DNA from: an uncultured Planctomycetaceae bacterium
GTDB taxonomy: Bacteria; Planctomycetota; Planctomycetia; Pirellulales; PALSA-1355
Direction of reading: 5' to 3'
Length of the DNA: 64,000 bases
Assembly (NCBI GenBank): GCA_963785305.1
Contig: CAWAUV010000007.1
Span: 1,088,001 to 1,152,000, forward strand
A program made the position numbers and the translations under genes. Below are positions 1-10,646 of this stretch, in pieces (positions within the stretch are counted from its first letter, which is position 1; every line of letters starts with the position of its first letter). The notes under the pieces were generated by a model, which had not been told where the DNA came from, did no database searches, and saw only the letters and a list, made by a program, of their open reading frames with translations.

Positions 1-352
1 TAAGCCGCCCGGCGCCACCTTCCCACGCCCGCCCGGTTGCCTCGGGGCCGCGGCGGGATCCGAGGGAACGGGAATCAAGCAGTATCCCGCCCTCGCGGCC
101 GGTCGTCAACGGGGCCTCGCGCCGCGGAATCGGGCCCCGGCTCGGCCCCATCGGTCGCGAGGGGCCTGCGCTACCCGCGGACAGGGCCAAGCGACAATTA
201 AAAATCGCCGAATCCTCGAAGCTTGCTTGATTGGAACCAATTCGCATCTCGGCACTGAATCCAGAAAATATCGTGGTTCATGGTTTTATGGTCAGACGAT
301 ACAATGCCGCCCGACTTGTGGTGCATTCGATCCCTCTTTGACGAGCCAGACC

Positions 353-1142
353 ATGCCGCGCGCCGAGCACAAATCACGTCCTTCCCTTCGCGACAAACCC
401 CTGCGCGAAGCGGGGCAATCGGTGCGAGAAGAAAAAGATCGCTTGTTTAATGAGGAAGTGTTGCCCCTGGTTATGGTCGCGGCGTTCGCGGTTCTCTACG
501 CTATCTATGAATGGGTCCGGTGGATATTCAACTTCGGTCCGAGTCCCATCATTTTCACGATCGCCGCGGGCGGGGTGGTCGCATGGGCGGGATATCGGCT
601 GCGATCGTTTGAAACTCGGATACGGAACCTGAAGCAGGGGCTCGAGGGCGAACTGCATTCCGCAGTTCATGCAGCGTGAGTTGGCGCAGCTCGGGTACCG
701 TGTTGTGAACGATATTTGCCGCGACGGCTTCAATATCGACCATGCGCTGATCGGCCCGACCGGCGTATTCGCGGTCGAAACAAAAAGCTTCAGCAAATTT
801 GGCGAAGAAGACGGGACGATCACGCACGATGGCGTGCAAATGTTCGTCAAAGGATCGCCGCCGGACCGCGATCCTATCGCTCAAGCCGAACGGCAGGCGA
901 AAGATCTCAAAAACATCATTTTCCAGTTTTCGGGCATGCGGCAAGACGTGAAGCCGGTCGTGCTAGTGCCCGGGTGGAAGGTGGATCGCACTCGAAAAAA
1001 CAGCGAGACCTGGGTCATCAATTTCGAGGGGCTAAAAAAGTTTCTCCGCCACGAGCCCGACCGGCTCAGCGCCGTCGATGTCGATCGAATTTTCGATGCG
1101 CTGGCGAATTATCAGCGTGGCCGCGAAACCATGAAGCCGTAG
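353..1142 (+). CDS. Membrane-anchored NERD (nuclease-related domain) protein, split by a frameshift near 655-670
   Basis: ORF 227..679 (ATG at 353) has two hydrophobic helices and ends in GLEGE; ORF 669..1142 continues with VVNDI..FNIDHALIGPTGVFAVETKS, a typical NERD D-H...E-x-K motif. Confidence 0.8.
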
Positions 1143-1288
1143 TTTTTGCGCGACGCTGTTGGTTAAGGATCGAAGCGAGCGACGCGATATTTGGCCCCCC
1201 GCCGGCGCGGATGCTAAGATTAGCGGCGGTGGAAAAAGCTGCTGGCGGCGGCGGAACGTCGTTACCCCTTCCCAATCACCGGCTACGC

Positions 1289-1762
1289 ATGGCTCCGGGT
1301 CAGCGCCAAAATGATCGCGATCGCGACTCGTCGCCGGGCGACGCGGCTGGTTCGTCGAAACCGGGCGGGCTAGCGAAAGTTCCCGCGAATGGTCGCGCTT
1401 TGTGGCTCCGCCGGGCCGATGAGCCGGCGGTGGCGGGGCTTGTGTTGCTGGCGATTGTCGCGGTCGCCGCCTATGCCTGGAGTCAGGGCGGGTGGCAGGG
1501 CCGGATGATCGAGATCGATCGGGCCGGCCCGCTCGAGGCCCGGTATGTCGTCGACATCAATCAGGCCGAGTGGGCCGAGTTCGCCCAAGTGCCCGGCATC
1601 GGCGAGACCCTGGCCAAGCGAATCGTGGCGGCCCGCGCCCAGCGGGGACCGTTCATCGATCATGCCGATCTGCTCCGCGTGAAAGGCATCGGCCCGAAGA
1701 CGCTCGACCGCATGCGTCCCTATCTCCTGCCGCTGCCGGGCAAGGATGTGGCGGGGCGTTGA
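1289..1762 (+). CDS. comEA: ComEA-like helix-hairpin-helix DNA-binding protein
   Basis: TM segment followed by [35 protein letters not shown]...[12 protein letters not shown] (two HhH motifs); start codon uncertain. Confidence 0.85.
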   Translation: MAPGQRQNDRDRDSSPGDAAGSSKPGGLAKVPANGRALWLRRADEPAVAGLVLLAIVAVAAYAWSQGGWQGRMIEIDRAGPLEARYVVDINQAEWAEFAQVPGIGETLAKRIVAARAQRGPFIDHADLLRVKGIGPKTLDRMRPYLLPLPGKDVAGR

Positions 1763-2025
1763 ACCCGTCGTGGTCAATCCAGGGCGTCGTTGTAAAGTTA
1801 AAGCCATGCCGTCAAGCAACGAGCGGCGATCCGGCGTCGAACCGCCCCGGCCCGCGCGGGCGCCCAGGCCATAGCCCGAGGGCGGTCGATTGCCTATGCT
1901 TGCAAATAGGGTCGCCAGCCTTCGGCGGACGGCGGTTCGGTCGGATCGACCGCCGCTTTCGTGCCCTGCCCCCGCGGGAACGTGCCCCGCGAAAACCATC
2001 GCGTCCATCCGCCGAGGAACCGCCC

Positions 2026-4110
2026 GTGCTGTTCGAGCTTGAAAGTCCGTTTCAGCCGGCCGGCGACCAGCCCGCCGCCATTGCCGAGCTCGTCTCCGGC
2101 CTGAAGAGCGGCCGCAAAAGCCAGGTGCTGATGGGCGTCACGGGCTCGGGCAAGACTTTCACCATGGCCAACGTCATTCAGCAGACGCAACGGCCGGCGC
2201 TGGTGCTCTCGCACAACAAGACCTTGGCGGCCCAGCTCTATGGCGAGTTCAAGGAGTTTTTCCCTCGCAACGCGGTCCATTATTTCGTCAGTTACTACGA
2301 CTACTATCAGCCCGAAGCCTATATTCCGCAGCGCGATATCTATATCGAGAAAGACGCCTCGATCAACCAGGAGATCGATCGGCTGCGGCTCGCCTCGACC
2401 AGCGCGCTCGTCAGCCGGCGCGATGTGATCATCGTGGCCAGCATCTCCTGTATCTATGGCTTGGGCTCGCCCGAGGATTACAAGGCGATGATGGTCACGC
2501 TGCGGGTGGGCGAATCGATCGATCGCGATCTGGTGCTTCGCAAACTGGTCGATGTGCAGTACGAGCGCAACGATGTCGAATTCGCGCGCGGCAAGTTTCG
2601 CGTGCGCGGCGATTGCGTCGAGCTCTGGCCGAGCTACGAGGAATACGCGGTGCGAATCGAGTTTTGGGGCGACGAGGTCGAAAAACTCTCGCTGATCAAT
2701 CCCGTCAGCGGCGAAGTCATTCGCCAAGATCAGGAGCTGTTCGTCTATCCCTCGAAACATTTCGTGATGCCGGAGGATCGCATCAAGGGCGCCGTGGCCG
2801 CGATTCGCCAGGAGCTCGAGGAACGGCTCGAGGAGCTTCGCAATGCCGGCAAATTGCTCGAAGCCCAGCGGCTCAATGCCCGCACTCGCTTCGATATCGA
2901 AATGATGACCGAGGTCGGCTTTTGTCCGGGCATCGAAAATTACAGCCGCCCCCTGAGCGGCCGGCCGCCGGGCTCGACTCCCAACACGCTCTACAACTTC
3001 TTTCCCGACGATTTTCTCCTCTTTGTCGACGAATCGCATGTCACCGTGCCGCAAGTGCGGGCCATGTACGCCGGCGACCGCAGCCGCAAGATGACCCTCG
3101 TGGAGCATGGCTTTCGCCTGCCGAGCGCGCTCGACAACCGACCGCTCAAGTTCGAGGAATGGGAGCAGCGGATCGCGCAGGCGATTTTCGTTTCGGCCAC
3201 GCCCAGCATGTATGAGCTCGAACAAACCGGCGGCGAGTTCGTGGAACAAGTCATTCGCCCGACCGGTCTGCTCGACCCGGTGATCGAGATCAGCCCGGCT
3301 CGCAATCAGGTGCCGCACTTGGTCGAACAGATTCGCGAGCGCGCCGCGGCGAGCGAGCGAGTGTTGGTGACGGTGCTCACCAAGCGTCTGGCCGAGGACC
3401 TTTCGTTTTACCTCACCGAGCAAGGGATTCGCTGCAAGTGGCTGCATAGCGAGCTCGACGCGTTCGAGCGCGTGGAGTTGCTGCGAGATTTGCGCCAGGG
3501 AGCGTTCGACGCGCTGGTGGGCGTGAATCTATTGCGCGAGGGGCTCGACTTGCCCGAGGTATCGCTCGTGGCGGTGCTCGACGCCGACAAGGAAGGTTTT
3601 TTGCGGAGCGAAACCTCGCTGATGCAAACCATCGGCCGCGCCGCCCGCAATGTGAACGCGAAGGTGATTCTCTACGCCGACAAGATGACCGATTCGATTG
3701 CCCGCTCGGTCGAGGAAACCGGCCGGCGCCGGGCGATTCAAGAAAAGTACAACCAGGAGCACGGCATCACGCCGGAAACGGTGCGCAAGAGCGTGCGGGC
3801 CGGCATCGAGTCGCAAGCGGCCGCGCATGCCAAGGCCAACGCCGCCGTGGGTCGCACCGACGAGGCTCAATATATTACCGAGGAATACATCGCCGAGCTC
3901 GAAGCCGAGATGCTGCTGGCGGCGGAGAAGCTCGAATTCGAGCGAGCGGCCCACCTGCGCGACCGCATCACCACGCTGCGCGACCAGATTGGCGAGGACT
4001 TGGCGAGCGTGGCCAAACCGGCGGGGAACCCATTCGGCAAAAAGCGCCGCGGCCGCGGCGGCAAAGGCGGCGGTGGCGGCGGCCGGGTGCCACAGCCGAA
4101 GCGGGGCTAG
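2026..4110 (+). CDS. uvrB: Excinuclease ABC subunit B
   Basis: [16 protein letters not shown] Walker [13 protein letters not shown] beta-hairpin, DESH, C-terminal UVR domain; GTG start after a GAGGAA RBS. Confidence 0.98.
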   Translation: MLFELESPFQPAGDQPAAIAELVSGLKSGRKSQVLMGVTGSGKTFTMANVIQQTQRPALVLSHNKTLAAQLYGEFKEFFPRNAVHYFVSYYDYYQPEAYIPQRDIYIEKDASINQEIDRLRLASTSALVSRRDVIIVASISCIYGLGSPEDYKAMMVTLRVGESIDRDLVLRKLVDVQYERNDVEFARGKFRVRGDCVELWPSYEEYAVRIEFWGDEVEKLSLINPVSGEVIRQDQELFVYPSKHFVMPEDRIKGAVAAIRQELEERLEELRNAGKLLEAQRLNARTRFDIEMMTEVGFCPGIENYSRPLSGRPPGSTPNTLYNFFPDDFLLFVDESHVTVPQVRAMYAGDRSRKMTLVEHGFRLPSALDNRPLKFEEWEQRIAQAIFVSATPSMYELEQTGGEFVEQVIRPTGLLDPVIEISPARNQVPHLVEQIRERAAASERVLVTVLTKRLAEDLSFYLTEQGIRCKWLHSELDAFERVELLRDLRQGAFDALVGVNLLREGLDLPEVSLVAVLDADKEGFLRSETSLMQTIGRAARNVNAKVILYADKMTDSIARSVEETGRRRAIQEKYNQEHGITPETVRKSVRAGIESQAAAHAKANAAVGRTDEAQYITEEYIAELEAEMLLAAEKLEFERAAHLRDRITTLRDQIGEDLASVAKPAGNPFGKKRRGRGGKGGGGGGRVPQPKRG

Positions 4111-4140
4111 TGCTTTGCGTCGCATCGTGTCGCGACGATT

Positions 4141-4581
4141 TTAGCCTTGGTCCCGCGCGTCTTTTAAGCACGCGGGCCACAGGGCGATGTTTTGACTCGC
4201 CATATCCGCGAGTTTTTTGATGATCGGAAGCAACCTCGCGCGATTCTCCTGAAATTCCTTCGCGTTCAGTTCCGGAATAACGACATGGCCCGGAATCGCG
4301 TTGTCGTCTTCCCTGACCACGGTCAGCCCATTTTCGACGAGCCATTTCACTCGCAAGCGGACCAGCCCGGAATACTGTCGCTTATCCGGGGAAATTATTG
4401 ACAATACCCGCGCTGGCTCCGACAGGCATGCTTCGCGGTAAAGACTGATGCCCGTTATGTCGGGGTCTCGCCCTTTGGTCCGAGGCTCGAATGCCCCGAC
4501 GGCGACTGGAAAGAAGCGGTCATGAAATACTCGTCGCAGAAGCCACTCGTCTTCCGAGATCGGGGCATCCTGGCTGAGCAT
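4141..4581 (-). CDS. Hypothetical protein, putative ADP-ribosyltransferase/RES-like toxin fold
   Basis: 146 aa with motif spacing LLRRV ... AF.P ... GISLY ... GHVVI, resembling the R-S-(E/H) ART core; last gene of a three-gene operon; function inferred. Confidence 0.55.
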   Translation of the reverse strand: MLSQDAPISEDEWLLRRVFHDRFFPVAVGAFEPRTKGRDPDITGISLYREACLSEPARVLSIISPDKRQYSGLVRLRVKWLVENGLTVVREDDNAIPGHVVIPELNAKEFQENRARLLPIIKKLADMASQNIALWPACLKDARDQG

Positions 4582-4602
4582 AAGGTCCGACGTTCAAAGG
4601 GA

Positions 4603-5040
4603 TCACTGCCACGACAACATCGGATCGATCTTTCCGATAATCGCCTCGCGTGAACCGGCGGGCAACAAGCGGAACTCGATCTCCCCGGGGCTAATGACCT
4701 CGATCTCACGATACCCGCTAGCATTTTGCCATTCGAAATAAATCGTTCCGTTCACCCCGAGGTACACCCGCTGGGCGGGCGCGTTCCCCTTGTCCATCAG
4801 CAACTTCGCGAGCGAGATTGCGGTATCGACCGTGGGAATACTGGCGGCGATAGATCCTTCGCCGTCCCAGTCGTCTTCCATTCCCCGAATTGCAAGCAGA
4901 TCGTCTATGAGTTTTGCCCATTCATTTTGACAGCGAGGGTGGCTCATAACGAAATCGGCGCTCGACGAGGGCGGCTCATCGTATTCGGGGCGCGAATACG
5001 CCGAATCGCCCTGCGCCCGATTCAATTCCGCGGTGCTCAT
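4603..5040 (-). CDS. Hypothetical acidic protein (WDGEGS / IYFEW motif family), putative antitoxin
   Basis: ATG at 5040 overlaps the upstream TGA (ATGA coupling); motifs MEDDWDGEGSIAAS and GVNGTIYFEWQ...EIEV. Confidence 0.65.
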   Translation of the reverse strand: MSTAELNRAQGDSAYSRPEYDEPPSSSADFVMSHPRCQNEWAKLIDDLLAIRGMEDDWDGEGSIAASIPTVDTAISLAKLLMDKGNAPAQRVYLGVNGTIYFEWQNASGYREIEVISPGEIEFRLLPAGSREAIIGKIDPMLSWQ

Positions 5041-5855
5041 GGCGCATTCTCCCATTGATTGCGGATATCGCTTGGAACGATTCGCTTGAAAGTACCGAGA
5101 GAAATTTCGTGCCCCAGACTCAGCCCGGCGGCAAGCGAGTTCTCGTCGCCGGCGCCTACAGGCCCTCGGGCAGTCATCTGAAGTAACACCGCTTGCCGGC
5201 CGCCTTCTCCCCAAGAACCCGGGCGGGCCGACACATGGAGTCTCCCGCGTCGCGGTTCAATTTCAAAACTCCACTCGGCGGCCCGATGTTCAAGCGCAAG
5301 GTCGAGATCATTCGCCCTAAAAAGGTCTCCGAAGAGTCCCGGAAGAAACTTCGGCCAATCCGCGGGACTATCCCAATACTCACCTTTTGGGAACGCATCC
5401 ACATACGTGAGCTCCCATTGATTGATATTTACTTCCTGTCCCAGCTCGCGGCTGGCGAAGTCGGTAAATTTCTCGAAGTACCCCTCGAATTCACTTAGAA
5501 GACGATGGTAGCTCGGATAGTCGTCGTTCGCCTTGTTCCAATTGAGGTGGAAACGGCTCGGCTGCAACTGAATAAGACGATCTCCGGCCTTATTCTTAAG
5601 CGTAAATCGCGGCTGCGAATAACCCGACGAAATTCTGAATGGCATCAAGCCATGTGTCCGAGAACCGCCGGGCGCGTCGAACGACTCGAACGAATCCGGG
5701 AGGAGGGGCGCATCGGCCGGATCGCTCCACGTGTCTCCCAAATCTTTCCAAAAAAGTCCGTAGTGTCCCGTCGTCAATTGAGTCAACGGCGAAAATTGAG
5801 CCCCGAGAACGAGCTCGACTATAGGGGGGGTCGGATGGGAATCGCTCACATTCAT
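5037..5855 (-). CDS. TIGR04255 family protein
   Basis: N-terminal PPIVELVLGAQF, LIQLQPSRFHLNW...YPSY, QWELTYVD and a C-terminal H...F...I motif, recognised from family memory rather than a search. Confidence 0.75.
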   Translation of the reverse strand: MNVSDSHPTPPIVELVLGAQFSPLTQLTTGHYGLFWKDLGDTWSDPADAPLLPDSFESFDAPGGSRTHGLMPFRISSGYSQPRFTLKNKAGDRLIQLQPSRFHLNWNKANDDYPSYHRLLSEFEGYFEKFTDFASRELGQEVNINQWELTYVDAFPKGEYWDSPADWPKFLPGLFGDLFRANDLDLALEHRAAEWSFEIEPRRGRLHVSARPGSWGEGGRQAVLLQMTARGPVGAGDENSLAAGLSLGHEISLGTFKRIVPSDIRNQWENAP

Positions 5856-5862
5856 TGCTCCG

Positions 5863-5892
5863 ATTCTATTGTACGCTACCTATCCAGAGCAA
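5863..5892 (-). promoter_or_regulatory. Putative sigma70-type promoter of the TIGR04255 operon
   Basis: Minus strand TTGCTC-18 nt-TAGAAT, ending 7 nt before the ATG at 5855. Confidence 0.5.
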
Positions 5893-6334
5893 CGGGGTCG
5901 CTGGGAGGCGAAATGATAGTGCCGAGTCAGCCGTTCGTGAAGGCCGAAGAGCGGCCAGCGTGGGGCCGGCATGGCCCGGTCCTAATCGATATTATGCGAT
6001 GCCGCCGCCGGCCGCTCGATTCCCTGTCGTCTGCTCCGACGAGTCGCTCATCGCCCCGCCGCAAGCAATTCGTTCGTCCGGGAAGATTGGGAATAGGACA
6101 ACCTGCATCGTCGGAGACCATATCAATTTCCTGAACTTCCGCCGAGCCATAGGGTTTGGCGCAATTTTCGCAGCATTCGATCAAAATCTTCCCGGCGGCG
6201 CCTTGCGGGTTGTCGGGCGCCTGGAACAATGAAGCCGGCGCCCTGGGGGCGGCGAGTTTTTTTGCTTCCGGACCATTCGCCGGGAATTTTTTCCCGCTTT
6301 CAAGGCTCTCATACTCATGGGCGGGTCGGGTTTT

Positions 6335-6943
6335 ATGTCAAACAACGATCGGAAACTCGATGCCCTGGGCGCTGCGGGTGGCGAAGCGGCGCCCGTGATG
6401 TCGGCCGATGATCTGATCTCGATGGTCACCGCCCACTACCAGGAGCTTTACCGCTTCGCCTATCGGCTCACGGGACAGTCGCACGACGCCGAGGACCTGG
6501 CTCAAGAGACCTTTTTGATCGCCCGCCAAAAAGTGGGCGCCTTGGAAGACCCGGCGGCGCTGCGAAGCTGGCTGTACACGGTGCTGCGAAACCGCTATTT
6601 GCACCATGCGCGGCGGCGACGGGCGTTTGGCCCCGAGAGCCTTTCGTTGGCCGACGATTACCCGGCCGAACTCGACGACGATGGCCCGGTCGATCGCGAG
6701 CAGCTTCAATGGGCGCTCGACCGCTTGCCGGAGGCATATCGTCTGCCGCTCTTGATGTTTTACTTCGAAGATTTGAGTTATCGCGAGATCGCCGCGGCGC
6801 TCGAAGCGCCGCTGGGCACGGTGATGAGCCGCATTTCGCGAGCAAAACAGCGACTGCGCCACGAATTGGAAGCCGCCGAAATGGTCGCGGCCGCTCGAAA
6901 CACCCCCGAGAGTCGTAACCAGCAGCAAGGGTGGAAGCCATGA
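6335..6943 (+). CDS. ECF-family RNA polymerase sigma factor
   Basis: LYRFAYRLTGQSHDAEDLAQETF (region 2) and LSYREIAAALEAPLGTVMSRISRAK (region 4.2); start may be at 6398. Confidence 0.92.
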   Translation: MSNNDRKLDALGAAGGEAAPVMSADDLISMVTAHYQELYRFAYRLTGQSHDAEDLAQETFLIARQKVGALEDPAALRSWLYTVLRNRYLHHARRRRAFGPESLSLADDYPAELDDDGPVDREQLQWALDRLPEAYRLPLLMFYFEDLSYREIAAALEAPLGTVMSRISRAKQRLRHELEAAEMVAAARNTPESRNQQQGWKP

Positions 6944-7701
6944 AACGCAACGGTGGCCCGTTCGATGAACGCGAGTTCGATGCGCGCCTCAAACGCGCGC
7001 TGCACGACGCGCCGATCCCCGCCGGGCTCCGCGACCGCTTGGTGGCGGCCGTGCTGGCAGCCCCGGCCGCTGAATGCGCCGCGATGTCGACTGAGCCAGC
7101 AGATAAGGCCGTTGCCTTGTCGGATGGCCCGTCGAATAAAATCGCGGGGCATGCCCGAGTTGAGCATGAGCCCGCGCCGGTCGCCCTTGCCGCCGCGTCG
7201 TCGCGAAATATCGCGAAATACCGGCCATCGCGGCGTTCGATTCTCGTGGCCGGAACGCTGGCGGCGAGTTTACTGCTGGGCGCTGGCAGTTGGTGGATGC
7301 TGCATGGCTCGGTCGATCCGCGGGCCGACCTCGCGACGCTCGCCGCGGCGTGGCCCGCGCAGCTGACCGACGCGTGGAAGCCGATGACCGGCGCCCCCAG
7401 CGGGTTTCCGGCCTCGAGCGCGGTGCGAGGCGAACCGCGCGGCTGGCAGTCGGCCTCGGCCATCGTGGGGCGGGCCGCGGTCGTGTACGACGTCTCTCGC
7501 CACGGGGTGCGGGCCGTGTTGTTCGCGGTGCGAATGGCCGCGCCCGATCTGCCCTTTGGCCCCTCGGGCCCGCCGCTCTTCACCGGCGGACAAACAATCG
7601 GCGCCTGGCGCAGCGGAACGCTGGTCTATGTGTTGGTCGTGCAAGGCGACGAGCAAAGTTACCGTGGCCTGATCCGCTCGGTAGCGCCGCCACTCGCCTA
7701 G
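6940..7701 (+). CDS. Putative membrane anti-sigma factor
   Basis: ATGA overlap with the ECF gene; N-terminal FDARLKRALHDAPIPAGLRDRL, single TM (ILVAGTLAASLLLGAGSWW). Confidence 0.7.
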   Translation: MKRNGGPFDEREFDARLKRALHDAPIPAGLRDRLVAAVLAAPAAECAAMSTEPADKAVALSDGPSNKIAGHARVEHEPAPVALAAASSRNIAKYRPSRRSILVAGTLAASLLLGAGSWWMLHGSVDPRADLATLAAAWPAQLTDAWKPMTGAPSGFPASSAVRGEPRGWQSASAIVGRAAVVYDVSRHGVRAVLFAVRMAAPDLPFGPSGPPLFTGGQTIGAWRSGTLVYVLVVQGDEQSYRGLIRSVAPPLA

Positions 7702-8076
7702 CATTCGGCATAATCGGCGCCGCGAGCAAGGGCCGATCCGAGCGCCTTGGCCGCCTGGGGGAATATCTTGCCCCTTGCCCCGTGGGAAACGCCTTCGCTC
7801 GGCGCCATGCTCCCCCAGCCGTCGGACCAATGCCCAACGATCGGCAAAATTCCCATAGGTCCTATGCGTGGCGCTTGGCCCGAGGCATTCGGGCTCCGCG
7901 CTCGGCATTCGAGCCATTCGCCCTCATCTTGCCTGCCGCCAGGCGCCGAATCGGAGTTGGGGACGGCGCTTTGCTCGGCGCGCGGCGATGCCCGCGAGCT
8001 TTCCAAGGCGTGTCCCGCCCCCGACGCCCCGTGTTCACGAAGTTTCGAGAAGCAGGCTTTCGAGAAGTAGGCGCTT

Positions 8077-8517
8077 ATGAAAATCCAGCGAACCCATTCG
8101 GCCGCGATTACCTTCGTCGCGGTGCTCCTCTCGGGCGCGGCTAGTATTCGCGCCGAACAACCGGCGCGTGAGAGCGTCGACCTGCGCCGCGACAGCAGCC
8201 ATACCGTGACCGGCCACTCGATCAGCGGCCCCGGCGCCCTGCAGCCCACGGCCGAGATGTGGTTCTATGAACAGGAGCGCACCCGCCACGAAGACCCGAA
8301 GGCCGCCGTGCGACGCCGCGCGGAATATCGGGCAGCGCAGCGCGAGAATCGCATCGAGTCGCTCCGCTGGTTCGGCATGAGCAACTCGCGACCCTCGGCC
8401 TCGGTCACGCCATTTACCGGCACCTACGCTCCCACCTGGGCGGGCAATTCCCAAGACTGGAACATCTGGCGCCCGGTCGGACCCACGGTGGTCGTGTCGC
8501 CGAAAAGCGGCTATTGA
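8077..8517 (+). CDS. Hypothetical secreted protein
   Basis: Signal-peptide-like N-terminus, then PTAEMWFYEQE...RRRAEYRAAQR...LRWFGMSNSRP. Confidence 0.7.
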   Translation: MKIQRTHSAAITFVAVLLSGAASIRAEQPARESVDLRRDSSHTVTGHSISGPGALQPTAEMWFYEQERTRHEDPKAAVRRRAEYRAAQRENRIESLRWFGMSNSRPSASVTPFTGTYAPTWAGNSQDWNIWRPVGPTVVVSPKSGY

Positions 8518-8583
8518 ATCGCCGTGGCGTGCCGCTTGCGGCCGGCGCGGGCAAGAACCGTGGCGTGAATGCCTCGGGGCGCG

Positions 8584-10565
8584 TCAGGGAGTCATTCCGG
8601 GCAGTTTGCCGTCGCCCGCTTTGCGGCCGGTGTTGTCATGGACCAAGATGCGATGCTCGCCCACGAAGTAGGTGCTCGAATCGGCCACGATCAGGTTGTA
8701 TACATCGGCCGGCTCGCTTTCTTCGCTACGTGTGAGCCGCACATCGCTCGGCTCGCCATGGAGCCGATCATGCGGGCTCAGCTCGCGGGCCATCTTCCAG
8801 CCCTGACCCACGACCCAAAACAGGTGGCCACGAGTGGCGGAGATGGTTTCGCCATCGACGACCAGATGGATCATCGGCCGCTCGGGTCGCTCGGTGCGCT
8901 CGAGCACCGGCTTGTAAGCCAGCTCGCCGGTCTCGATGTCTTGTGAAAGCACGAGGTCGCCGGTTTCGATCGTGTCGATCGCTTGGAGTCCGGTGCTGGT
9001 GCTCACGAGCGTTCCCTTGGCGAAGCATGAGTATTGCGGCGTCAGGTCCCAGTGCATGCCCGGCGGCGGCGCCAGCGGCTTGCCTTTGACCATGGGCGGT
9101 TGGAAGTGGTAACTCGGACCCTTCGGCGATGGGGTGTATGCGGCGGGAACTGGTTGATAGGACACGCCCGATTCGCCCTGATACTGCACGGCCGGCACAT
9201 AGTATGGAACGCCGTAGTCGTAGTAGGAAACGAGCATTTCGGTCGTCTTACGCTCTTGGCCCTGGAAGGTGTCGGTCTGGTCGTGCCACCAGTTCCACCA
9301 GTCGCGCGGATCGGAGCCGAAATCCTCGCCGGTGGCGGCCTTCAGCACACCGATCACGCGCTCATTGCGCTGGGCCGCGGCCCAATTGCGCGCTCGGCGT
9401 CGTTCCTGGCTTTGGATGCGCCAGAGCGGCCTGCTGGAATGTGTCGACGATGAACATGTCGTAGTTCGGATTCGGAATCTCAAAGGCGATCCGAAAATCG
9501 GTGTTCTCGCGATGATCTTCCGCTTCGCCCGCCTGGGTGTTCGATTGGCGGATCATCAAGCCGCCGCCGGCGGTCTGAATTTCGACGCTCGTTTCGATCG
9601 GTTCGGCCAAGCCCGCGAGAAGCGACGGCACATAGGTCACTTTAGCCCGCGAGCGCAGGCGCCGCCGCGGCAGCTTCGCGCAGATGCGGGGCGCCTGCGA
9701 TCACCGCTTCCCGCGCCAACGACTGGGCCGGAGTCGAGCCGGGCAGCCGTGCGATGGCGGCGAGGAAGGTCGGCCCGGCGATGCCCTTGGCTTTCGCGAG
9801 CTGTTCCTCCATCGCCGGCGCCGCGGCCGGATCGTCGACCGCTTCGAGTTCCGCCTTCGCCGCGTCACGCTCGGCGGGCGATCCATGCTCGAGCTTCTGG
9901 CGAATGCGCGTGAGCATCGGCTTCCAGCGCTCGAGGTTTTGGGCGAACTCATCGGCATGTTGCTTCCAATATTCCCACTGGGCTTTCGTCATCAGCCGTC
10001 CGTCATGCGGCTCGAGGCCCAGACCCGCCATCGCCTCGGCATTACCCGGTGAAAGCACGAGCACTCGCGTAAAATGGCTTCGGGCCTGTAGCGGATAGCC
10101 ATTTTCTTGGCACCACTTGGCCAGCGCGAGTTGGCCCTCGGTGGTGTTGATCGCCGCGGCGCGTCGCTTGCGATACACGGCGAGCCGCTCGGCTTCGCTC
10201 ACCTGGGGCAGGGCATCGCCAACCTTCACCCATTGACCGTCTTGGTTTGCCTCGCCGGCAAGCCAATGCGCCGGAGCATAGTTCGGATCGAGCGCGAGCA
10301 CTTCGTGTAGCAATTGCTCGCGCTTCACCAAGTCGCCGGCCACGGTGGCCCGCTGGGCCGCTTTGACAAGCGCCGCGACTTTAGAAACTCCGGGCGATTT
10401 CGCGGCGCCGGACGCGGGCGCGTTCACCGTGGCGTCGGCGCCGGCCTTTTTCGCTGTGCCCGGCGCTTTCGAGGTCGTGGCGGCACTCGCACGCTCGCCC
10501 GCCATGAGCCCCAGCGCGAGCGCAGCGGCGAGTATGCAGGTCGATCGAAATGTTTGGCGAATCAT
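8584..10565 (-). CDS. Secreted TPR/HEAT-like protein with a C-terminal Hint (intein-like) domain, two frameshifts
   Basis: Pieces 9642..10565, 9362..9640 and 8584..9483; signal peptide; Hint begins SCFAKGTLVST and ends VYNLIVADSSTYFVGEHRILVHDN. Confidence 0.85.
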
Positions 10566-10646
10566 GATGCCCCACTTTCCTAGTAGATGTGGCTGGAAAC
10601 CTCGGGCTTGGCTGGTTTCTTGCCAAGTATCCGCTAACGATTGCTA

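Noticed and set aside
1492..2025. 178-aa N-terminal extension of UvrB
   Set aside because: Low-complexity Arg/Pro translation overlapping comEA; a good RBS and GTG exist at 2026
1894..3447. Long antisense ORFs (also 25250..26545, 38284..40476, 58405..60099 and others)
   Set aside because: Shadow ORFs opposite well-supported genes, expected from high-GC codon bias
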